From a bacterium (lineage in GTDB: Bacteria; Bacillota_I; Bacilli_A; RF39; UBA660): 64,000 bases of DNA. The DNA is taken from assembly GCA_029099845.1 (NCBI GenBank), contig JAQXOT010000006.1:230-64229 (forward strand), given 5' to 3'. Positions 19,913 to 31,240 of the stretch are shown piece by piece. The first letter of the stretch is position 1; each line of letters starts with the position of its first letter. Made by a program: the position numbers and the translations under genes. The notes under the pieces are model-generated. The model was not told the origin of the DNA, made no database searches, and was given only the letters and a program-made list of their open reading frames with translations.

Positions 19913-22246
19913 TTAATTATTATCCCATTTCCAATTCTTAATATATGGCATATCTTCTCCATATTCTCGAATATATTGTTTATGTTTTTCCAACATATCA
20001 TAACACCAATCAATTAAAGCTATAGACGTATCAGCATATCTTGGTATTTCTTTTATAGCAGCTATCACTAAATGAAAACGATCAATTTCATTTTGTACTC
20101 GTATGTCAAAAGTAGTCGTAATAGTTCCTTCTTCTTGATAACCATGAACATGTAAATCTTTATTATAGCGCTTATAAGTTAATTGATGAATCAAAGATGG
20201 ATACCCATGAAAATTAAAGATAATTGGTTTATTTTTTGTAAATATCGCATCATATTCTTGATCACTCATACCATGAGGATGTGTTTCTGGAGATTGCAAT
20301 TTCATCAAATCAACTACATTAACCACTCTAATTTTTATTCCACGAACTGATTTTCTCAAAATATCAACAGCTGCCATTACTTCCAACGTTGGTGTTTCCC
20401 CACAGCAAGCAAGAACTACATCAGGATTACCATTATCATTACTTGCAAAATCAAAAATTCCAATTCCTTTTGCACAATGTTTTTTTGCCTCTTCCATCGT
20501 TAACCATTGTGGTCTTGGATGTTTTGAAGCTACAATTACATTTATATAATTTTTAGTCTTAATACAATGATCAAAACAAGAAAGTAAACAATTAGTATCC
20601 GGTGGCAAATACATTCTAACAACATCAGCCTTTTTAGTAACCAAATGATTTAAAAATCCCGGGTCTTGATGAGTATAGCCATTATGATCCTGCTGGAATA
20701 CATGAGAAACTAATAAATAGTTAAGAGACGCAATTGGTGCTCGCCAAGGAATCTGATTACAAACCTTTAACCATTTAGCATGCTGGCTTGCCATGGAATC
20801 AACAATTCTAACAAAAGCTTCATAACTATGAATAAAACCATATCTACCAGTCAATAAATACCCCTCAAGCATTCCCTGACATAAATGTTCTGATAAATAA
20901 GAGTCCATAACCCGACCATTATTTGCTAAAAATTCATCATCACTTTTTTCTCTATAATTCCAAGTTCTATTTTCTGCCTCAAAAATATGATTAAAACGAT
21001 TAGATAATGCCTCATCTGGGCCAAAAATTCGGAAATTTTTATTATCTTTATTAAGTAAAAACAAATCACGCACATAATTACCAAGTTCCATTGTATCCTG
21101 AGCTACTATACTACCAGGAGATGCAATCTTTAAAGCATAATCTTCCCAATTAGGAGTAACTATTTCTTTTAATAACAATCCCCCATTAGAGCAAGGATTA
21201 TTTCCCATACATTTATTTAAAGGCGGACATAAATCACGTAATTCCTTATTTAATCGACCCTTTTCATCAAATAATTCTTCTGGATGATAACTCATTAGCC
21301 ATTTTTCCAATAACTTCAAATTTTCTGGATGTTCTCTACTAATAGCAATTGGCACTTGATGGGCTCTAAAACTACCTTCAATTTTCTTCCCATCAACATC
21401 TTTTGGTCCTGTCCACCCTTTTGGAGTCGTAAGAACTATTACCGGCAATGAACCTTTCCCACTTTTTTTATAACGTGAAATATCCTGCAACACCTTATCC
21501 ATAACAGTAGCCATTTTCTCATGCATTCGCATTGGATCACTACCAGTAACAAAATAAGGTTTCCAACCATAACCATAGAAAAAGTCTTCAATTTCTTCTT
21601 CACTCATTCTTCCAAATATTGTTGGATTGGCAATCTTATACCCATTGCGATGTAAAATTGGTAATACCACACCATCTGTTTTATAATTTAAAAACTTGTT
21701 AATATGCCAACTACATGCTAATGGTCCAGTTTCAGCCTCCCCATCTCCAACAACGCAAGCTGCGATTAAATCACTATTATCTAAAACTGCTCCAGCGGCA
21801 TGAGCTAAACTGTAGCCAAGCTCGCCTCCCTCATGAATAGATCCTGGGGTTTCTGGAGCTACATGTGAAGAAACACCACCAGGAAAACTAAACTGCTTAA
21901 ACAACTTTTTAAGTCCAGCCTCATCTTCCGTAATTTCAGGATAAAATTTCGAATAAACACCCTCTAAATAATTATTAGCAATCATTGCCTGACCACCATG
22001 ACCAGGACCAGAAATATAAAGCATCTTCAAATTATTTTTCTTAATAATTCGATTTAAATGCATATAAATAAAATTTTGTCCCGGTGCTGTTCCCCAATGC
22101 CCAACTACATTAGGTTTTATATCTGTAATAACTAAGCCACGTCTAAGCAAAGGATTATCCAATAAATAAAGTTGGGCAACAGACAAATAATTAAGTGCCC
22201 TAAAATATTTATTCATTTTAACTAATTCTTTTTTTGTTAACGTCAT
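19913..22246 (-). CDS. xfp: xylulose-5-phosphate/fructose-6-phosphate phosphoketolase
   Basis: 777 aa. GHWGTAPG, EGGELGYS, GDGEAETG and full-length XFP architecture. Confidence 0.92.
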   Translation of the reverse strand: MTLTKKELVKMNKYFRALNYLSVAQLYLLDNPLLRRGLVITDIKPNVVGHWGTAPGQNFIYMHLNRIIKKNNLKMLYISGPGHGGQAMIANNYLEGVYSKFYPEITEDEAGLKKLFKQFSFPGGVSSHVAPETPGSIHEGGELGYSLAHAAGAVLDNSDLIAACVVGDGEAETGPLACSWHINKFLNYKTDGVVLPILHRNGYKIANPTIFGRMSEEEIEDFFYGYGWKPYFVTGSDPMRMHEKMATVMDKVLQDISRYKKSGKGSLPVIVLTTPKGWTGPKDVDGKKIEGSFRAHQVPIAISREHPENLKLLEKWLMSYHPEELFDEKGRLNKELRDLCPPLNKCMGNNPCSNGGLLLKEIVTPNWEDYALKIASPGSIVAQDTMELGNYVRDLFLLNKDNKNFRIFGPDEALSNRFNHIFEAENRTWNYREKSDDEFLANNGRVMDSYLSEHLCQGMLEGYLLTGRYGFIHSYEAFVRIVDSMASQHAKWLKVCNQIPWRAPIASLNYLLVSHVFQQDHNGYTHQDPGFLNHLVTKKADVVRMYLPPDTNCLLSCFDHCIKTKNYINVIVASKHPRPQWLTMEEAKKHCAKGIGIFDFASNDNGNPDVVLACCGETPTLEVMAAVDILRKSVRGIKIRVVNVVDLMKLQSPETHPHGMSDQEYDAIFTKNKPIIFNFHGYPSLIHQLTYKRYNKDLHVHGYQEEGTITTTFDIRVQNEIDRFHLVIAAIKEIPRYADTSIALIDWCYDMLEKHKQYIREYGEDMPYIKNWKWDNN

Positions 22247-22338
22247 AATAAAGCCTCCCTACTTTATCAATTATACCCCAATTTACAAAATAAAGCTACT
22301 TTAATATTGATCAAAAAAAAGAGATTTCTCTCCTTTTT

Positions 22339-24225
22339 CTACTTAGAAATAACTTCACAAACCAAAGTGGAAATTTCCGTTGGATTATCTACAGGAAGCC
22401 CAGCAATCATTCTTGCCTCTGCATATAAAATCTTTGTATATTTAATAAATTCATCTTTATCCCCAGCATACAAATCTTTTAATTTTTGAGCAATAGGATG
22501 TTTTTCATTAATTTCAAGAATCATTTGTGCCTTAATTCCCATATCATTAGGCATAGCATCAAATACTTTTTGCATCTCAATTGACACATCGCCCTTACTA
22601 GTTAAACATACAGGATGATTCTTTAATTTATTAGTAAACTTAACTTCACTAACTTCTTTAATTTCATCCTTCATAGCAGTTAACAAATCAGAATTATCTT
22701 CATTAACCTTCTTAGTAGACTCTTTTTCTTCTTCACTTTCTAAGTTTAAATCTTCACTTTCAACATTTATAAATTTCTTGCCTTCATACTCTTGAATCGC
22801 AGTAATTGCAAACTGATCAACATATTCTGTTAAATACAAAATATCATAATCTTTATCTTTTACTTGTTCAACTTGTGGCAATGAATCAATTTTAGCAATT
22901 GAAGAACCTGATGCATAATAAATTGTATCCTGTCCTTCTTTCATATTTTCAACATATTCTTTTAAAGTAATAAGTTTTTGTTTCTTAGAAGAATAGAACA
23001 TAATTAAGTTTTCTAATTTTTCTTTATCAGCACCATAATTATTATAAACACCATACTTCAATTGAACACTGAAAGTCTTAAAGAATGATTCATAATTTTC
23101 TCGATCATTTAAAAGCATATCTTCTAATTCTTTACGAATCTTACTTTCAATATTTTTAGCAATTAATTTTAAGCTATGAGATTCTTGCAATATTTCCCTA
23201 GAAATATTTAATGATAAATCCTCTGTATCTACAACACCTTTAACAAAGCTAAAGTAATCTGGTAACAAATCACCACAACGCTCCATTATCAAAACCCCAT
23301 TAGCATACAAACTAAGACCTTTTTCATAATCTTGTGTATAGTAATCATATGGAGCATGACTAGGTATAAACAATAATGCCTTATATGAGCACATTCCTTC
23401 AACAGAAGAAGAAATTACTTTTATTGGCTTATCATAATCATTAAACTTGTCCATATAAAAGTTTTCATAATCACTATCTTCTACATCTTTTTTATCTTTT
23501 CTCCAAATAGGAATCATACTATTCAATGTTTCTACGCACTTATGATCCTCATATTCATGTTTTTCCTCATCTTTTAATTCATGATGTGTACATTCCATCT
23601 TTATTGGAAAACTAATATAATCAGAATATTTTTTAACCAAACTCTTTAGTTCATATTCATTTAAATACTTACTATAATCCTCTTCATCAGTATCTGCTTT
23701 TATATGTAAAACTATTTCAGTACCAACACCAACATTCTTCTTTTTAGACTTTTCAATAGTATATCCGTCAGCCCCTTCACTTTCCCAAACATAAGCCTCA
23801 TCACTATCAATACTTCTAGAAGTAACAGTAATTTTATCACTTACCATAAAAGCTGAATAAAAACCAACACCAAACTGACCAATAATATTAACTTTCTCTT
23901 CCTTATTCATGTTTTCTTTAAAATTTAAAGAACCACTTTTAGCAATAGTACCTAAATTATTTTCAAGTTCTTCTTTAGTCATTCCACAACCAGTATCAGA
24001 TATAGTTATTGTACGTTTCTTTTCATCAAATGCTAAGTTAATCATCAAATCATCTTTATTTACTTTAACATTTTCATCCGTTAAAGAACGATAATATAAT
24101 TTATCTAACGCATCAGATGCATTTGATATTAACTCCCTTAAAAATATATCTTTATTAGTATAAATAGAATTAATCATTAAGTCTAATAATCGCTTAGACT
24201 CTGACTTAAATTCTTTCTTTGCCAA
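22339..24225 (-). CDS. htpG: molecular chaperone HtpG (Hsp90)
   Basis: ELISNASDALDK, GQFGVGFYS. The AAGGAG RBS abuts the ATG at 24234, so the TTG at 24225 (MAKKEFKSE) is the likely start. Confidence 0.92.
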   Translation of the reverse strand: MAKKEFKSESKRLLDLMINSIYTNKDIFLRELISNASDALDKLYYRSLTDENVKVNKDDLMINLAFDEKKRTITISDTGCGMTKEELENNLGTIAKSGSLNFKENMNKEEKVNIIGQFGVGFYSAFMVSDKITVTSRSIDSDEAYVWESEGADGYTIEKSKKKNVGVGTEIVLHIKADTDEEDYSKYLNEYELKSLVKKYSDYISFPIKMECTHHELKDEEKHEYEDHKCVETLNSMIPIWRKDKKDVEDSDYENFYMDKFNDYDKPIKVISSSVEGMCSYKALLFIPSHAPYDYYTQDYEKGLSLYANGVLIMERCGDLLPDYFSFVKGVVDTEDLSLNISREILQESHSLKLIAKNIESKIRKELEDMLLNDRENYESFFKTFSVQLKYGVYNNYGADKEKLENLIMFYSSKKQKLITLKEYVENMKEGQDTIYYASGSSIAKIDSLPQVEQVKDKDYDILYLTEYVDQFAITAIQEYEGKKFINVESEDLNLESEEEKESTKKVNEDNSDLLTAMKDEIKEVSEVKFTNKLKNHPVCLTSKGDVSIEMQKVFDAMPNDMGIKAQMILEINEKHPIAQKLKDLYAGDKDEFIKYTKILYAEARMIAGLPVDNPTEISTLVCEVISK

Positions 24226-24274
24226 ACAAATCATCTCCTTAATTTTTGTTCACAACTAATATATAACACTTCCT

Positions 24275-24301
24275 TTAGCAGATGTCAAGTAAGAGTGCTA
24301 A
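24275..24301 (-). promoter_or_regulatory. CIRCE-like operator overlapping the htpG promoter
   Basis: TTAGCAGAT-N9-GAGTGCTAA, with one half-site imperfect. On the minus strand TTGACA sits in the spacer and TATATA lies 17 nt downstream. Confidence 0.7.
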
Positions 24302-24318
24302 AAAAGTAAAATTTTTCT

Positions 24319-25281
24319 TTACCCTTTCTTAATTATTTCTTCAAGTTTTTCCTTATTTTTCCCAACAATTTTAACTAAACCATCATAATACTTAGTAATT
24401 GGTAATAAACCTTTATCGGAGCCTTCAATAATTTTGAAGCACTTATTTTTTACTCCATAACACAAATAATATTTAATTGTAGCATGCTTCTTATCAAAAT
24501 CCTTTATATCATCAACTACCATTAATTTATAAAATTCTTTATTAACATTAGTTCTAACTGCCCATAAAAAACTATAAAAATACTTACTACAATCATCATT
24601 AGTACAATATAAATTTAAAACTGTACTACCACTATCATACTGAGCAATAACTAATTCCTCATCAATAATAGCAAAATACAAATTATTAACCTTCTCCAAA
24701 TATTCTACACTAAGTAATTCAAAGCAACCAAACTCCTTTTTTATATCCCCATAAAACAAATTAAACTCAAGAGATTTTTGATACAAAATAATATCCTTTC
24801 TGTCATCCAAAACAGCCAATATTTCACAACATAATTCATTCATAACACGTGGAACATGTTCAAATAATATCAATAATACCTCATAAAAAAATACCCATTC
24901 CTTAGGCAAATATTTTGTAGTTTTAAAAGTATAACTATCTTTACCAATATATGTATTAATTTCAATATAATAAGAAGAAATATTAGGATTAAGCTTATTC
25001 CTAATAGTATCATCCTTATATCTCTCTTTATCATTATGCAAAACTTCTAATATATAATTAACCAAATTAACATTAATAAACTGATAACAAACATATTCTT
25101 CAATACTATTAGAAACAACATCAATTGGTATAAATAATACTTTAAATTTTTCTATCTTAGAATTAAATACTAAAGCTATATAAAAATTAGCTTTATTATA
25201 ATCTTTGATTATTAAATCGAGTATTACTTTTTCTTTTTTCTTCTTTAGATATTTAACTATCATCAATCTTACTCTATCCAT
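24319..25281 (-). CDS. hypothetical protein
   Basis: The ORF runs to 25362 and overlaps the rhodanese gene. The ATG at 25281 (MDRVRLMIVKYL) leaves a 16-nt gap. No family recognised. Confidence 0.45.
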   Translation of the reverse strand: MDRVRLMIVKYLKKKKEKVILDLIIKDYNKANFYIALVFNSKIEKFKVLFIPIDVVSNSIEEYVCYQFINVNLVNYILEVLHNDKERYKDDTIRNKLNPNISSYYIEINTYIGKDSYTFKTTKYLPKEWVFFYEVLLILFEHVPRVMNELCCEILAVLDDRKDIILYQKSLEFNLFYGDIKKEFGCFELLSVEYLEKVNNLYFAIIDEELVIAQYDSGSTVLNLYCTNDDCSKYFYSFLWAVRTNVNKEFYKLMVVDDIKDFDKKHATIKYYLCYGVKNKCFKIIEGSDKGLLPITKYYDGLVKIVGKNKEKLEEIIKKG

Positions 25282-25297
25282 CGTAATATCACATTCC

Positions 25298-25699
25298 CTA
25301 CTGTTCCCTCTCATATGGCCAATCCCCAATTCCCCCCATATCATAAACATTCTCATAACCAAGAGAAATCAATTTAACAGCAGCCTCATGACTTCTTCTT
25401 CCTGACTGACAATAAACAATTAATTGCGAATTTTTAGATAAATTTATATTTTCAATAGACTCTAAAGGTAAATTAACCGCCGTCTTTAAATGACCACTAT
25501 TATATTCATTACTACTCCTAACATCTATAATTACTACATCTGGATTATTATTAGTATCAATAATTTCTTTTACTTCTAAATAAGAAATCGATTTAACTGA
25601 AATATCAACATCATGAACTATAATTTCCTGTTTGTCATTCTTTAAACAACCAGTAATAAAAAACATTACTAAAAAACTTATCATTAAAAATTTCTTCAT
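25298..25699 (-). CDS. rhodanese-domain lipoprotein
   Basis: Lipobox FFITGC and rhodanese active-site loop VYCQSGRRS. Confidence 0.8.
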   Translation of the reverse strand: MKKFLMISFLVMFFITGCLKNDKQEIIVHDVDISVKSISYLEVKEIIDTNNNPDVVIIDVRSSNEYNSGHLKTAVNLPLESIENINLSKNSQLIVYCQSGRRSHEAAVKLISLGYENVYDMGGIGDWPYEREQ

Positions 25700-25766
25700 A
25701 TAATCTCTCCTATCTAAAATATATTATACAAAAATTAAAAGGCTAATTCTAGCCTTATATTTTTCT

Positions 25767-27110
25767 TTACACTTCCTTCGAAAGTTCAACTATTTTATAC
25801 CAAGTAGCTGGGCCAACAACCCCATTTTCTTCTAAGTTATAACGTTTCTGAATACTTAACACTGATTGCTTTGTTAAATTATCAAATATTCCGTTAACAA
25901 CAACTCCAGGAATACTTTTTGTTTTTTCACAAATTATATATAAAAAGTTTTGTAAATTACTAATATCATCCCCCGTCATTCCTAAAGACAAAAATCTTCC
26001 TGGGTAAAATTCATTAAGTGCCCGTAAGTATTCCCTTGGAATATTTCTAAGTGTCTGCCGGTAAGCTTCCTTTAAATCTCGCCAAGTAATTTTATCAACA
26101 ATACCTGTTACTGGCAAATTATATTTACTCTGGAAAGCCATTACAACCTGCTTAGTATCATTATTAAAAACTTCCCCTGACAATCTTAAAAATGGAATAG
26201 ATGAATCAAAATAGGCAATAACATTCAGCAAGTAATTAAGTGTAATAATATACTGCCCCTCATCACCTACTTCTAACTGTTCTTTAAATAAAAGGGTTGA
26301 CTCATCTATTGATATCCCTTCAGAATACAAATCAGCGATATTTTTTACTGCATTATAAACATATTTAATTTTATACCAAGTAGCTTTATCAACAACACCA
26401 TTAACGTCCAAATCAAAAATCTCTTGAAATTTTTTTACTGCTTGCTCAGTTTCCACTGTAAAATATGGAGTATTATTAGTAATTATTGGAATAGCCGGGT
26501 AGTTTTGACCAATTCGATTAAGTTGAATATTTAACATCCTAACAAAATCCCCAGCCATACCAAGTCTCACTACAAAGCCAGGATAAGTTCTTATATTATT
26601 GCTAAGCGGAGCATTATAAATAAGTTTAATATCCCCATAATAATTCTTTAATATTTCAAGTGGACCCATGCCCTGATTTGCTAAAGTAACAGTCCCCCAC
26701 TGTGACAAACCATCACAAGTAACATTTTTACCATCACAATACATCGCAAAAAATGGTTGAACTTGCTCATCTTTTACAATATAGTTATTAAATAAATCAT
26801 CAACCACATGTGATATTTTTTCAAAAAATTGTCGATTCTCCACAAAACTTTGATCATATACTGGACTACTAGTAATATCAAAGTCATATCCCTTCGATGG
26901 ATACCACTCATTATAAATCCGATTCAGTGCAAAAGAAATTTGAGCTAACACATTAGCCTTAATAGCATCAATTGGCCAATTTGGATAAATTTCACCTGTT
27001 GCGACATTTTTAATATATTCAACAAAAGGAACTGATATATTTCTAGCTGCCTCATCAGGTGCACCTAAATGTACAATTATCTCAGTTGGTATTACCGGTG
27101 TCCTAATCAA
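25767..27110 (-). CDS. SpoIID-like domain protein with three PG_binding_1 peptidoglycan-binding repeats
   Basis: FVEYIKNVATGEIYPNWPIDAIKANVLAQISFALNRIY resembles the SpoIID/LytB motif. Three repeats of the NGVVDKATWYKI type are present. The TTG start at 27110 follows a GGTGGAGG RBS. Confidence 0.55.
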   Translation of the reverse strand: MIRTPVIPTEIIVHLGAPDEAARNISVPFVEYIKNVATGEIYPNWPIDAIKANVLAQISFALNRIYNEWYPSKGYDFDITSSPVYDQSFVENRQFFEKISHVVDDLFNNYIVKDEQVQPFFAMYCDGKNVTCDGLSQWGTVTLANQGMGPLEILKNYYGDIKLIYNAPLSNNIRTYPGFVVRLGMAGDFVRMLNIQLNRIGQNYPAIPIITNNTPYFTVETEQAVKKFQEIFDLDVNGVVDKATWYKIKYVYNAVKNIADLYSEGISIDESTLLFKEQLEVGDEGQYIITLNYLLNVIAYFDSSIPFLRLSGEVFNNDTKQVVMAFQSKYNLPVTGIVDKITWRDLKEAYRQTLRNIPREYLRALNEFYPGRFLSLGMTGDDISNLQNFLYIICEKTKSIPGVVVNGIFDNLTKQSVLSIQKRYNLEENGVVGPATWYKIVELSKEV

Positions 27111-27522
27111 TATTATTACCTCCACCATCAAGCTCTATTTCCGGAGCCATTTTAATATATTGAATAATTCCAATTCCCCCAAACATAGCAATTGAATATG
27201 TCTTTAAGCTTTCATATCCCTCATGTATAGCTGTTAAATCGTATAAAGTATATTGTGGTGGTATTTCTGGATTAGGAATATCATCAAATTGCGGAGCCGG
27301 TAAAGAAATATCACTAATTATTCCACTAGAGTCAGTTCTTCCTCTAAAAAATACCACTTTATATTCCCCAATATCTTTAGTAATTAAAATATCCGTATCA
27401 GCTATAGGAATAGCACCATAAGCAGTAAAAACTTGTACTCTTAATAATCCAAAATCAGGATTTTCTTTAATAAAAGTCTGATACTCATCCATTTTTTTAA
27501 AATCTTCCAAACTAATAATCAT
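27103..27522 (-). CDS. hypothetical protein
   Basis: 139-aa ORF, translationally coupled to both neighbours. Confidence 0.45.
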   Translation of the reverse strand: MIISLEDFKKMDEYQTFIKENPDFGLLRVQVFTAYGAIPIADTDILITKDIGEYKVVFFRGRTDSSGIISDISLPAPQFDDIPNPEIPPQYTLYDLTAIHEGYESLKTYSIAMFGGIGIIQYIKMAPEIELDGGGNNID

Positions 27523-27525
27523 ACT

Positions 27526-28356
27526 CTATACCTCCTTTATCTTTAATATCTGACCAACTGCTAAATTAGTACTATCAAGATTATTTAACTTCATTAAATT
27601 ATCAACACTAGTACTATACTTTCTAGCAATAGTATACAAATTATCTCCAGTCTTCACTATATAAGTTAAATAATTAGGCTCCTGATACCCAGTACCATAG
27701 CATTTAGAACCCATAGGAATATTAGAATAATAATTTTCCTTCACTTTAAGTACCTGTCCTACTTTTAAATTAATACTACTTAAATTATTTAAACTCATTA
27801 ATTCATCTACACTCATCCTATAATTACTAGCAATACTATATAGGGTATCACCAGATTTTACTATATAACTTTTATAATTATCTAAATCATTATTATTAGA
27901 TATAGGTATTTTTAACTGTTGACCAATCGATAATAAGTCAGACTGCAATTTATTTAACTCTTTAATTTCTGCCACTGATACATTACTATTTTTGGCAATC
28001 TTATATAAAGTATCACCAACTTTAACTGAATATAAAATATAATCTGTAGTACTTGTATCAACATTAATTGGAATTCTTAATTGCTGACCTATCGACAATA
28101 TTTTCGAAGTTAAATTATTAAGTCTCATAATTTCATCAACCGTAGTAGAATACTTTCTAGCAATAGAATAAAGTGTATCCTGTGCTTTTACTACATACAA
28201 AGCCGTGGTAGAAGAACTAGGAATTTTAAGTATTTGTCCTACAAAAACTACACTAGAAGATAAATTATTTGAAAACATTATATCCTCTACACTAACACCA
28301 AATTGTCCACTTATTCCATATAGTGTATCACCAGGTTGTACAACATATGTCTGCAT
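27526..28356 (-). CDS. LysM-repeat peptidoglycan-binding protein (five LysM domains)
   Basis: Five repeats of Y.V..GDTLY.IA......V.....NNL.S..L..GQ.L.IP. The likely start is MQTYVVQPGD. Confidence 0.85.
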   Translation of the reverse strand: MQTYVVQPGDTLYGISGQFGVSVEDIMFSNNLSSSVVFVGQILKIPSSSTTALYVVKAQDTLYSIARKYSTTVDEIMRLNNLTSKILSIGQQLRIPINVDTSTTDYILYSVKVGDTLYKIAKNSNVSVAEIKELNKLQSDLLSIGQQLKIPISNNNDLDNYKSYIVKSGDTLYSIASNYRMSVDELMSLNNLSSINLKVGQVLKVKENYYSNIPMGSKCYGTGYQEPNYLTYIVKTGDNLYTIARKYSTSVDNLMKLNNLDSTNLAVGQILKIKEV

Positions 28357-28416
28357 AAACCACCTCACAAGATTATATGCAAAAAAAAAATTAGTATTAA
28401 AAATACTAACAAAATA

Positions 28417-28674
28417 TTAAATTAACACTCTTATTATCAAAGCTGCTAATATAAAGCTCATCGCTACTATTATTAAAATAACTCCCAAAACACTACCATA
28501 ACCACTATCATTTATTTTAGAAGTCCCATAAGAAACATTACCAGATTTTACTAATACTTTATCATCTTTCTTTTCATCTAAATTATGAGAATCTTGAGAT
28601 TTACTATTTTCATCATTTGAAAACATTGCCATCAATTCATCGCTCTTTTTATTATCAATAATTTTATCTTCCAT
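28417..28674 (-). CDS. small C-terminally membrane-anchored protein
   Basis: 85 aa with a C-terminal TM helix (VLGVILIIVAMSFILAALIIRVLI). Confidence 0.4.
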   Translation of the reverse strand: MEDKIIDNKKSDELMAMFSNDENSKSQDSHNLDEKKDDKVLVKSGNVSYGTSKINDSGYGSVLGVILIIVAMSFILAALIIRVLI

Positions 28675-28807
28675 TAATTATCTTCCTTTCATAATAAATT
28701 AATTATTAATACCTACTATCATATTACACATCAAGTATATCATAAAAAAAATAAATAATAAACAAACAATTTAGCTAGTTTATTATAATTACTTATCAAA
28801 AAATTAA

Positions 28808-29818
<1,011 letters not shown>

Positions 29819-29861
29819 ATTATTCTTTAAACCCACTTTTTTTAAACAAAAACAATACTAA

Positions 29862-29894
29862 CCCCGTTTCTTAGACATAGAAGCGAGGTTTTTA
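29862..29894 (+). terminator. terminator-like hairpin after the collagen-like gene
   Basis: CCCCGTTTC-loop-GAAGCGAGG (imperfect) followed by TTTTTA. Confidence 0.45.
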
Positions 29895-30105
29895 TATGAA
29901 CAATTAAAACTTATTTTATTAATATCGCTACACCATTAAAAAAAATTCATATTAATACTTACATATTTATAATAAAATAAATATTTTACTTTATCTTTTA
30001 ATATTTTATATAAATTACATTTATTAAATATAAAAAGTTCATAACTTCTTTTTATATTCTAAAAAAAATGATAGTATATAGTTAAGAATATAAAGGAGTA
30101 CAAAA

Positions 30106-31194
30106 ATGAAAAAATATAAAATATGTGTCTATGCTATTTCTAAAAACGAAGAAAAATACGCTCTAAAATGGTATAATTCCATGAAAGAAGCCGATGAAAT
30201 ATATGTCCTTGATACTGGTTCAACCGATAATACTGTGCCAATTTTAAAAAGCCTAGGTGTTCATGTCACTACTAAAGTAATCAATCCTTGGCGCTTTGAT
30301 GTTGCGAGAAATGAATCACTAAAATTACTACCAAAAGACACTGATATTTATGTTTGTACTGATCTCGATGAAATATTTTTACCTGGCTGGCGTCAAGAAC
30401 TAGAAAAATCTTGGGATAACGATACCGTTCAAGCTAAATATCGTTATAACTGGCTACTAGATAAGAATAATAAACCTAAATTGAGTTTCTTGTATGATAA
30501 AATTCACAATGCCAACTTCGAATGGAAATATCCCATTCATGAAATACTAAAATATAACTCGGCTGCACCAAGAAAAACAATCATTTTAAAAAATGTAACC
30601 CTAAATCATTATCAAGATAAATCCAAAAACAGAACTTCTTACAACCCTCTTTTAGAATTAGCTCTAAAAGAAAATCCCACTGATCTTCGGTGCATTTATC
30701 TTTTAGCACGCCAAGAAATTTACAATAAAAATTGGGATAAATGTTTAGAACTAGTAAAAAAATATTTAGAAGTTAATCCCCATAGTTACTATATACAACG
30801 AGCAACAATGCTCCGCTACGCTGGAAGATCATATAGAAACTTAGACAATTATAATGAAGCTAAAAAATGGTACGAAAAAGCAATAAAAACTGCCCCTAAT
30901 ATTCGCGATGGTTACGTCGAACTAGCCATGCTTGAATTTTCTCAATATAACTATGGAAATACTATTAGTCTTTTAGAAAAAGCTCTAACCATTACAGAAA
31001 ATTCTCTTAATGTTATCAATGAAATATTTGCTTGGGATGACACTTTATACTGCTTATTAAGTGAATCATATATCTACGCTAAAAATCCAACTAAAGCCCT
31101 AGAATATATCAATATTGCTTTAACTATGAATCCTGATAATAAAAAAAGTCAACAAATAAAACAAGATATAGAACTAATTATTAAATCAATATAA
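30106..31194 (+). CDS. GT2-like glycosyltransferase with C-terminal TPR repeats (paralog 1)
   Basis: The N-terminus ICVYAISKNEEKYALKWYNSMKEADEIYVLDTGSTDNT plus DLDE is GT2-like. The C-terminal half is TPR-like. Confidence 0.7.
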   Translation: MKKYKICVYAISKNEEKYALKWYNSMKEADEIYVLDTGSTDNTVPILKSLGVHVTTKVINPWRFDVARNESLKLLPKDTDIYVCTDLDEIFLPGWRQELEKSWDNDTVQAKYRYNWLLDKNNKPKLSFLYDKIHNANFEWKYPIHEILKYNSAAPRKTIILKNVTLNHYQDKSKNRTSYNPLLELALKENPTDLRCIYLLARQEIYNKNWDKCLELVKKYLEVNPHSYYIQRATMLRYAGRSYRNLDNYNEAKKWYEKAIKTAPNIRDGYVELAMLEFSQYNYGNTISLLEKALTITENSLNVINEIFAWDDTLYCLLSESYIYAKNPTKALEYINIALTMNPDNKKSQQIKQDIELIIKSI

Positions 31195-31195
31195 A

Positions 31196-31224
31196 ACTAC
31201 ATTAATAACATTAATGTAGTTTTT
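31196..31224. terminator. bidirectional terminator hairpin between convergent genes
   Basis: ACTACATTAAT-aac-ATTAATGTAGT, flanked by an A-run and a T-run. Confidence 0.6.
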
Positions 31225-31240
31225 CTATAAAATTAATTCT

